64,000 bases of DNA from Eledone cirrhosa (taxonomy: Eukaryota): contig OZ024740.1 of assembly GCA_964016885.1 (NCBI GenBank), positions 149,172,001 through 149,236,000 on the forward strand, read 5' to 3'. The notes beneath the pieces were generated by a model, which saw nothing but the letters and a program-made list of their open reading frames with translations, searched no databases and was not told where the DNA came from. Position numbers and translations under genes: made by a program. Shown in pieces: positions 52,132 through 64,000 of this stretch (position 1 is the stretch's first letter; each line of letters starts with the position of its first letter).

Positions 52132-52267
52132 AAAACAGTCAGGACGCCGACGGCTGAGCTCCGGCCGTCGGGGTCCTGACTCTTTTCATATTACCCACTA
52201 TACTACCCTAAGTATTGAGTACTCTGGTGCGTTATGGTCCACCTGGTATCTTACCACACCCTCTTTG

Positions 52268-52335
<68 letters not shown>

Positions 52336-52546
52336 TTAGCGAGAATCGCATTTCGGCGAGTAGAAATTAGCGAAACGCAACTTCCGGTTTGTGCTGGCAA
52401 GCACTCTATGGAGCAGAATAGACCAGAGCAATAAACATAAGTTATAAAGACCATACACACTGAAACGGCGGTTAAGAAGCTATCAACCACCTAAGCCCCA
52501 AAAACGAGCAAGCTAAGCGGGTCAAACAAAATATGATATGATATGC

Positions 52547-52578
<32 letters not shown>

Positions 52579-54579
52579 GCATGTATGTATATATGTGTGT
52601 ATGTGTATATGTGCGTGTGTGTGTGTGTGTGTGTATGTGTTTTTGGTGTTGGATGATGGATGTTACCGTTATTCGGTCAAGGGACCGAACTGCTCGTGAA
52701 ATTAACGTGCAATTAGCTAAGCATTCCACAGACACGCGTATCCTTAACGTAGTTTACAAGGAGATTTAAAGTGATACTATAAGTGACAGGGTTGGCTTTT
52801 TAAATTGCAGCTACAACTTATTTTTTAGTACGTGTTCTGTTATTCTTTGATATTTCCTAGCTATTCCTTATCAGCAAATAATTATTTATTATACATTTAC
52901 GATCAGTATGGATACTTTTTCGTAAATTTTATTAGATTTAGTTGTCTCTGAAACGAAACTAGCATCGTTTGCTGTTTGCTACCTGTGTTTCGGCCAACTA
53001 AAAGATAACTGGGTTTTCTTTTTAAATTTAATTTCATGTCCATAATAAGATCTGGAGCGTTGTGTATGCCAGGTGAAAAAATATACGATCAACTCTTGAA
53101 ATTATACTGTTTCAAAATTCTAACTGTAACCCATATACTTTCGCAGCTGATATAATATGTTATAATTAAAAATACACTCTTTTTTACTATATAAAGACAA
53201 TAATTAAAGGTTGAAAATTTTTATTGATAAATTGTAAAAAAATAGTAATTCCAGTTAGAAATAACAGCAAACATAGCAAACTAGTTACTTACTTCCCACT
53301 ACTACTCATAATCCGAGCAAATTGAATGCAAAATGATGAACATTATTCTTTTCGTCATTCACTCACTCTAAACAAATATTCATCTTAAATTGGTACTTAT
53401 GTCTAATACGCAGTTTTTGTTGAAAGACTTAGCAGTTAATTCCACCGTAATTGGCATTGGTTAATGGAAACGTGCTCTTATATCTTTAGTCTTAAGCTTA
53501 ACACCTAATCCGACCGGACAATAAAAATCTTGAATAAATCTACTTCTCACTCGGTTGAAATATTATACATTCAACTTCCGTCTCTAGGTTTGGAAGTTTC
53601 TTCCCACGAAATAAAATTGCTATATTTAGCAGTCCAAAATAATAAGAAAAATTCCCTGTCATATAAACAAAACATTTAATCAAAATATATAATTTAATGT
53701 GGTTAATTTTTCCTATGAAACTAAGATGGGAATGAAACTTAATTCATAATCAGTTCTAGAATGATTTCATTCGGAAAACTTTGACAGAAATTAAATTATA
53801 TTTAAAAACAAATATTTTCGGTCTACTATCAACACAACGTGTCCTATAGCAGCATCATTGCTATAATTTTCTTCATAATTGTCTATAAAATGATATTCAT
53901 ATATGAAATTGAATCTTTCTGAATGATTATCTAATTTAGAAAATATATTTTTAATGTAATCGGCATATCTGGCTGAATCGGTAGTATGACGGACGAATAG
54001 AGAATGGTTGTCAATTTATATTTTATTACTGGCACATGCTTTGTATCTGTGACAAAAACACTTAACCCTTAACAAACCAATATTCCGTGTTATCTTACAT
54101 ACATGAGGCAGCTGAAACCAGCAAGACAGTGATATTTCGCAAGTATTTTGATATTTTACCGTGCTGATTTTAGTCCTTTTGTTATTTTAAATTAAGTGCT
54201 TATTATTGACGTTTTAACGTTTCAATCGTTTTAGGATAACACAGCACTTTATTCAATGCATTATATATTTCACATATTCATGTATCGTGAGGCTCATATA
54301 GATAGCTGATCATTTAAGAGTATCCACTTCTTACTATTCTCGCTCTTAGTTATTCCCATTTTTATTTCATAAATTTTTCTAATAAGAAGGTACAGTGCCC
54401 ATTATCTTCTGCAAGTCCTCCCTTAACTTAATCTGAACCCTCAGCAACATCCGCAGCCTCCAACACTGAGCAGACTGGCAACCGCAAATACCAACGTCTC
54501 TCCCTCTTTACGCGCATATCCGGAGCAACAACAAAATACCCGTAATAACACCCCCAACCAGGGAGGAAACCACACACTA

Positions 54580-54995
54580 TACACTGCAGAAATCCCAGCA
54601 ATTGCTCTCTATCGGGTAAATGCTTATACAAAAATATCATTTATCAATGTGTGGTAAATCTAAACTGGGGATATATAAATATATAGGTTCCACTTCGAAT
54701 ATTTTCAAGAAAAGACGGTATGCACACCCACATATTTAAAAACCCCAGTTTAGCTAAATCTACGGCCCTGGTGAAAAATATCTGGGATCTGAAACGCGCT
54801 AATATTGAATACACACTACAATGGTCAATGCTAAAATTCGTCCGTCCATACCGGAATGAAAGACGCCCATGTTAACTATGTTTGGTGGAGGTAATTGAAA
54901 TAGAGACCGGAAAGGAAATTGTAAATTTCTGGCACGATAGGATATTTAATTGCGACCAGAATGTTCTAAAAACCTTCACTAAGTACAAACTGAAC
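54580..54995 (+). pseudogene. PLE Zn-linker/GIY-YIG fragment, decayed
   Basis: CRNPSNCSLSGKCLYKNIIYQC; STALVKNIWDLKRANIEYTLQWSML...PY...C*LC. Confidence 0.8.
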
Positions 54996-55435
54996 TAGAT
55001 CAAGATTCGATCCCTAGTACCTAGGTTTTATTATATACTATTTGATACATTTCTTGTGGCATTTGAACTTTTCTCACCAAATGAATTCAGTAATATTCAA
55101 AACAATTCCTTTTCTTAATTCCTTTCCTCCTTACCCACTCTAGCCTACTCTTAATCTCTACCTTATCTTTCTCTGCCCCTCTCCTAATACCTTCTCTTAC
55201 CCCCATATATGGTAAACATCAAAACATTCACCTATAACAATGGTCAAAGAATAATTGTTCCACATCACACCACACTGATTGATCGTCTGAAACTCTTTAC
55301 CACCACTCCCTCTCCTCTTTTCTATCATACTGACTGTATTTCATACTACTTTTAACTTTTTTTTACATGTTCTTAAACGAAAACCCCATTACTGAATTCT
55401 ACTTCGTGATGAACAGTTGAATTCCTCTATTATAG

Positions 55436-55545
55436 GGTTTCTGATGAAGTGTAATAAATAAATAAGTATTGCATATGATTGAACAATATATAAAATTGAA
55501 CATATGAAGACAATTTATAATAGATTGAGAAACATATGTCAAAGC
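55436..55545 (+). ncRNA. Type I hammerhead-like motif with ~80-nt branched domain II, 3' of the PLE fragment
   Basis: GGUUU-CUGAUGA-[GUGUAAUA/UAUUGCAU and CAAUUUAU/AUAGAUUG hairpins]-GAA-ACAUAUGU-C-AAAGC; palindromic helix III, GUC triplet. Confidence 0.5.
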
Positions 55546-55657
55546 AAATAAATTCATAATCTCTTCACGCCGACATTTTATTTTTCTTGGTGTAATACTT
55601 GCTCATATATATATATGTGTGTGTGTGTATATATATATATATAAGGAGTTGCCGGAC

Positions 55658-55732
<75 letters not shown>

Positions 55733-55903
55733 AGAGAGATATTTTAGTAAGTAAGTTAATTTTATAATTTTCTTATTTTACGTCTCTCATATTATTGTTC
55801 TGCAACCCCATGCATTGAACCACAATGTTACTAAGACAAAACCTATATATTTGCTAGCATTGATATGCATCTGTATGTATATATATGTTACTAGATATTA
55901 ATT

Positions 55904-55961
<58 letters not shown>

Positions 55962-56475
55962 AAGTAAGTCCTTCATCAGTGACCCTCCAACCGTCCCAGG
56001 CATTTCATCGCTTTAAGGGCCATATACCTCAGGTTGGTGCGAACAACGGCTAAAAAAAGTCGTTGGGACACGTAAATAAAGGGGACGTTAGGGTGAACAA
56101 ACAAAATGGTTTAAGCAACAGAAAGTGATAAGGAAGAGACAAGTCCCAGATTTCTATGAATATAAACTCGGTGAAATCGTGAACAAGAGACAAAAGACCA
56201 TCAAACCTGGTTGAAATGTGAGCAAGGAAGGAATTTCGCACAGGTCTAACGGGGGGAAGAAGAAGGGGTCTGGTCTGCGAATTCGGTAAACATAAGTTCT
56301 GTGAAGTCGCAGACGAGAGAGAGAGAGAGAGAGAAAAAAACAATTCATACCGGCTTGGCCAAGAACGCGCGAGAAAAGAAATCGGACAGGTCAAGCGGGA
56401 AGAAAGAGGAGGAAAGAGGAGGAATATATTATGGAATACTGTTGGCTTTTTGCTACAATGTTTTCTATACCTTTA

Positions 56476-56540
<65 letters not shown>

Positions 56541-56735
56541 AACCACTCGACGACGAATAGACCTCAGAGTAATAATATACAGTTTAAAGGGCTTTGCATA
56601 TTGAAAATAGCGACCGGTAATTCAGCCGCGTGATCTGTAGCAACGAAAGAACTGACACATATACATATATACATATAAGAACATACATACATACATACAT
56701 ACATACATACATACATACATACATACATACATACA

Positions 56736-56768
<33 letters not shown>

Positions 56769-56899
56769 GCACATATCTGTATATATAACATACCTGGAAC
56801 ATCACTTCGAAATTACTGAATATCTAAGTGAGGTTTCTGTAAATCCGAAACCAACAAAATCCGCTTGTGGTGAATACAAGTTAGGCTTCTGGAAGATCG

Positions 56900-57048
<149 letters not shown>

Positions 57049-57074
57049 GGAGAGAGAGAGAGAGAGGGGTGTTT

Positions 57075-57420
57075 GGCGACGTGTGGACAACGTGTGGACA
57101 ACGTGTGAAAAATTCATTTCTCGTGTTTAGGCAATCACTATTGCGTAATCTCTTTAGAATAGTTATTCGTTCGTCAATACATAGTCCACACGTCGGATTT
57201 CCCCTTGCGTATGGCTTCGACTTAGTGATGGCTTTCCATTGAATGGAGTAGTCTATACTTGAGTCCTTGAGGGACCATACGTGGCTCGCGAGTTTCGTGG
57301 ATGAACGTCTGTCCGGGTACCTAAAAGTTGACTGGTGGTTCAGGAAACGTTCCTAAATCGGCCCTCCGCCATGCCCACATAGGATTTGACCTCCTGTGGT
57401 TTGTTTGGTCGGTTGGAAAT
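57075..57420 (-). pseudogene. PLE GIY-YIG C-terminal fragment
   Basis: Minus strand KSYVGMAEGRF / [10 protein letters not shown]...[13 protein letters not shown]...IQWK...PY...CGLCIDE...CLNTRNE...CPH; homologous to 6420-6860. Confidence 0.85.
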
Positions 57421-57947
57421 GACTAGCTATCTATCTATTTATCTATCTATCTAGCTAGCCAGCTAGCTAGCTAGCTATTTATCTATCTATATGCCCTGGT
57501 GGCAAATAAAAGAAACATATCTCTGTAATATATGTGCATGGGAGCAGCAAAGCCGAACGGTTAGGGAATTCACTTTGTGATCATGAGATCCAGGGTTCGA
57601 TCCAGAACTGTGACATGTTAGGCAAATACAATTTACCGTAGCCACGAGCCGATTCATATCTTGTGTATGAAATTGTTTAAAATCTCGTCAGATGGACAGC
57701 ACTTGTAAATCCAATGACCAGCTTTGCGACATACTGTGTCACACAGAAATAAATTAAGGATACACATATCTATGAACGTCGTAGTCACGTATATATTTCA
57801 GAAGGCTGTTCTGTTCATCGAAATATTAAAACACACTTTGTCGAAAACGATGGAGGTCCATTACAAATGAATATGTATGTATTATACATATAAACACACA
57901 CACAAACACACACACACATATACACGCACGTGTGTGTGTGTGTGTGT

Positions 57948-58052
<105 letters not shown>

Positions 58053-58285
58053 CTGTGCCTACGAACGCATAGCTGATGAGTTGTCGCTGTAGAGCGGACC
58101 TTAAACATTATTATCGAGCCCTGACCATCTTCCCGTTCCGCGGTGGTAAACCCTTTATCGGGGCGGCCAGCGCGTGGATCCCATTTGCTCATAATAATGA
58201 GATTTGGGAAGGGCGGGAGGGAAGGAAGCCGGGGCAGTGGGAGTTTGGTTCCCTTGTGTTCGTATCTGGTGTATATGTTTCACAG

Positions 58286-58303
58286 GCAGGCACTAACATT
58301 GAG
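58286..58303 (+). other. Candidate 18-nt microexon
   Basis: GTATATGTTTCACAG|GCAGGCACTAACATTGAG|GTAAGT. Confidence 0.35.
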
Positions 58304-58749
58304 GTAAGTTAATTTGATATTTTTAATTGTTATGAGTAGATTTAAAAAAGAACAAACCAAAAATAAAGTGAAAAAAGAAACATAAATTCTACACATATAA
58401 AGAAATATATGTACAATACGACAATACCAAGGCTTGGTGATATTTTGATGATAAATCACATAACCTATATATTTCGGTAGCATAGTGTTATCATAAAGTT
58501 TCTAATTGTATAAATTGCATTTGGCTTTGGAGTTGCCTCAAAGGAGGTTATTGAGAATCCTTGCTTTCTGGAAATGTATAACATTGGAAACTGTTAGATG
58601 CAAATATTACTAGTTATTATAAAATATGTATTTCATAATTAATAGATTCCGTTGAAAGTTTTGCCAGAATATGTTTGTTAACAATAGGTTTTGTTTATTG
58701 TACTAGAATTTTTTTCAACACGTTGAGGCGTGTATGAGTATGTTATTAT

Positions 58750-58933
58750 ATGGATTGGCAGTATCGGTAGAGGGTCGGACGCCATGCTTTGACGCATAGA
58801 GTTATGGCCCTTGCCATTCTGAGTCCAAATCACGCCGAGGTTAACTTTGCCTTTCATCCTTAAGGGGTCGATAAAATAAAGTACCAGTAATGTACTGAAT
58901 AATTGCTGGCCTTGTGCCAAAAGTAGAAACAAT
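58750..58933 (+). mobile_element. Octopus-type tRNA-derived SINE
   Basis: TGGATTGGCAGTATCGGTAGAG...GAGTCCAAATC...GCCTTTCATCCT...GGTCGATAAAATAAAGTACCAG. Confidence 0.88.
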
Positions 58934-58974
58934 TATTATATACGCGCAAACACAGGCACACTTACAAAAATGTT

Positions 58975-59413
58975 TGTCATCACCTCTTCCTTCCTAAGTC
59001 ATCTGTAGTGTGTGACATCATCACCCCTTCTTTCTCAATCATCTCTAGTGTGTGACCTCATCACACCTCACTCGTCAATCATCTCTAGAGTATGACGTCA
59101 TTTCCTCTTCCTACCTCAATCATCTTTAGTGTGTGACGTCATCACCCCTTTCTTCTTCAATCATCTCTAGTGTGTGACGTCATCACCCTTTCCTCCCTCA
59201 ATCATCTCTAGTGCATTATGTCATCACTCGTTCGTTCCTCAATCATCTCTAGTGCGTGACGTCATCACCTCTTCCTTCCTCAATCGTCTCTAGTGAGTGA
59301 CGTCATCACCCCTTCTTTCCTCAATCATCTCAAGTGCGTGACGCCATCACCCCTTCCTTCCTCAGTCATCTCTAGTGTGTGACGGACGGACGTCGCTCGA
59401 ATTTATATATAGA
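58975..59413 (-). mobile_element. Non-autonomous Helitron-like 5' end with internal ~41-bp minisatellite
   Basis: Minus strand begins A|TCTATATATAAA, then GTCCGTCCGTC; about 10 copies of TCAATCATCTCTAGTGTGTGACGTCATCACCCC; the 3' CTAG/hairpin was not found. Confidence 0.6.
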
Positions 59414-60841
59414 TGACAATGAGAGGGGTTTTATTGAAGTGTATTGCATGTGGTTAGAAAATATATAACGTTAATTATATTTAATTGTTGTGTAAATATA
59501 ATTAATTGTTGTACTCGAGAAAGAGGAATATGGAGGGTGAAATACTTTTAAAAGATGCTTGAGTGAATTGTTGGAAACAAGAAAATATTTTTTTAATCCT
59601 GTAAGGTATTATTGAAGAGTAAGTTAATCACAGTTGGTATATGATCATATATTTGTAAACATTAACTAATTTTTTTTCTTGTAAATACTTTAGAAATCAT
59701 GAGGTCAGATATGTTCTTTACAACTTTCTGAACACAGAAATGCAGTAGCAAAGAAAAAAAAAAAAAAGAAGAAAAAACGCATTGGCTCTATATTCAGACT
59801 GGTCAATTTGTTGTACACTTTATAAATGATTCATATGAAGGATGTTATATTTACGGAAATGTCTCTAACATGGAATCAGAGATAAATGCAAAAGAACTCA
59901 TTTGGATACAGATTTTGAATGGATGAAAAAACATTAACTGAAATAAAACATAAGCCAGAATTTCGACAAACAATTTATCATTTATATATTAATACTCTAA
60001 TAAATTATAAATCAGTCTCTAACAAATCATAAAGCTTCCTGTAATACGAATTAAATCGATCCAACTATACATGTTTTGTAACAAAAGTCACACTATTTGA
60101 AAAACATAAACAAAAGTGAAATTCTTGGAAATATATAATGCCGTTCATGCTATTAATGCTCTCAAAACAAAATTTAAAGTTACCATCGATATATCTAAAT
60201 CCATTAAATCTTTAAATAATCTATATGGAAATAATATTTGTAAAAAGAAGATTATTTTCGTCAATCAAGTTTTAAAAAAAAGAAAATTTATGTTTCACTA
60301 GAATCAAAATATTGGATGTCATCGACAATCATTATTTTATGGTAGAAACAATTATTTTATGGAAAAATAAATTAAACAGTCAGAACCATTAATGGAAAGC
60401 CAAATTTCATAAGTGGAGAAAAATGTCTTTCAAATTTGTTGGTATATATATTTAAGACAAGCAAATTGAGAAATAAATATCAAACTGAAACGCAGATACG
60501 CTGGAAAACACACACACACACATATATATATATGTGTGTGTGTGTCCCACCCCCACTCTCAAGCATGAAACTAATATTAACATTTTGTACTGACTCTTCG
60601 CCTCCACGTTGTTTTATTGTTTTTTGTTTACTGTCTCAACTATAATATATATATATTATATAAGACATAAGTTGCATCTGTTGGACATCACCAGAGGGCG
60701 TTAACCCCCGGTGTTTGCATAGCTACGGCTTCCTAAAACCGTATTTCTTTGGATATACGAAATATTTATACATATTGTATAAAGCTATGCTTGAAGCGAA
60801 ATCCTATTTCTTTTATATATATATATAGAGAGAGAGAGAGA

Positions 60842-62493
<1,652 letters not shown>

Positions 62494-62587
62494 ACAGACG
62501 TACAGTAGTATGTATATATATCCCGAATTAAGCCGTACAGTGTTCGGCAACCATCGTTGCCCTTTTGTTCAATACTGACAAAGGAAA

Positions 62588-62626
62588 GATGAACTAGTTT
62601 CAAGCTTATTAGCTATCGTCAGCATC
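62588..62626 (-). ncRNA. Very small type I hammerhead (family E) within nested inverted repeats 62490-63210
   Basis: GAUG-CUGACGA-U-AGCU(AAUA)AGCU-U-GAA-ACUAGU-U-CAUC. Confidence 0.7.
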
Positions 62627-63267
62627 GTATACCTTCCTGTCAGATGATTGAACGTTTGAAAGTATATACTTTCCTTATGCATATTAAAGGCTGAGCAGCC
62701 TAATTTGCATATAGAGTCAGTTAGTCGGTCGGGCGTACCGAAAACGATAAATGGAAAAGAATGAAATGAAATGAAATTTCTCACTCTTAATACGGCTGAT
62801 ACTTAAATGTAAGTACGTATACGTACATACATATATGTATACAGACGTACAGTAGTATGTATATATATACATGCACACATATATATATATGTACGTATGG
62901 GGTTACCGAACATTTATTATAATGTTCGGTTTGTTTGTAAACTAGTTCATCGTTCCTTTGTCAGTGTTGAACAAAAGGGCAACGATGGTTTCCGAACACT
63001 GTACGACTTAATTCGGGATGTTTGTTTACAAACAAACCGAACATTATAATAAATGTTCGGTAAACCCATACGTACATATATATATGTGTGCATGTATGTA
63101 TATATATATACATACTACTGTACGTCTGTATACATATATGTATGTACGTATACATACTTACATTTAAGTATCAGCCGTACTAAGAGTGTGAAATTTCATT
63201 TCATTTCAGTACTTTAAATAAAGCCCTTATTGTACAGCCAACCATGTTACACTTCTTTCTTTAACTA

Positions 63268-63358
<91 letters not shown>

Positions 63359-63762
63359 GCGTCTTTCGCTGTCTGTTGATTTGAATATCTGATATTCAAA
63401 TCAACAGACAGCGAAAGACGCGTTCCGAGTTGTCCGACAGACAACCTTTTCCCCCACCCCGGAAAAAACCCCAGTTGATGGATGTGAATCCGAAATATAT
63501 AGGGACTATTAAATCTCTCCCAAGGTAACTCTCTCTCTTGTGTTGTTATTATTATTTTTATTCTTTTACTCTTCCCTTCATTCTACACATCTCACACATC
63601 TTATACACACCACGCATCTCAACGTACACCCACTTACATATCTCTCTCTCTCTACCACCGGACCTTGTTACCCGGAGATTTACCCATTTGCATTGTCGAG
63701 GCTTCCAAACGACTTATAAATATTTACTTATTGTTCCACAATGCTTCAAGCAAACTTCAATA

Positions 63763-63818
<56 letters not shown>

Positions 63819-63823
<5 letters not shown>

Positions 63824-64000
63824 ATACTTTGGGAGGGTCATGTTGCCAATAAAAACACACGCACCTCTGGGTTTTCACTTCAATTTCCGGTTGGTTGGTT
63901 CGATAACCGGAAGGTTGTTTATATATCGTCAAAGCTCTTTCCTCATACATTCTACGACCTCCTCATTGATTAGGCTTTTATTTTCTGTGTCTCTCCTTTG
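63819..64000 (-). mobile_element. PLE pLTR end (family C) with decayed hammerhead at 63928-63970
   Basis: TTGTTATACTTTGGGAGGGTCATGTTGCCAAT terminus; minus strand AUCA-AUGAGGA-G-GUCGUA(GAAUG)UAUGAG-GAA-AGAGCU-U-UGAC. Confidence 0.75.

Noticed and set aside
58074-58110. CTGATGAG motif (also orphan CUGANGA at 45903, 47450, 51130)
   Set aside because: No appropriately placed helix II + GAAA + helix III + UH could be built.

Overview
This is an AT-rich animal genomic window. Its tRNA-derived SINEs resemble octopus families, so a cephalopod source is likely (inference). It is made almost entirely of microsatellites and retroelement debris, and no intact host gene is recognisable apart from one candidate 18-nt microexon. 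The contents are a decayed Penelope-like element (PLE; RT + GIY-YIG) with a fold-back copy, several further PLE fragments, Tx1/L1- and RTE-clade LINE remnants, a non-autonomous LTR element with a tRNA-Trp PBS, MITEs, a Helitron-like end, SINEs and a tRNA-Leu(AAG) probable pseudogene. The main unannotated signal is RNA structure. A ~5.8-kb array of near-identical 485-bp units (33027-38848; ten units on the minus strand, a snap-back inversion, then two on the plus strand) carries one complete type I hammerhead ribozyme (HHR) fold per unit, with a palindromic helix III and an elongated helix II. This looks like a young retrozyme array, probably made by rolling-circle reverse transcription of a circular RNA. 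At least five other sequence-unrelated families of minimal type I HHRs are scattered through the window, often as inverted pairs inside (AT)n tracts. All folds were derived by eye; none has been computed or tested.
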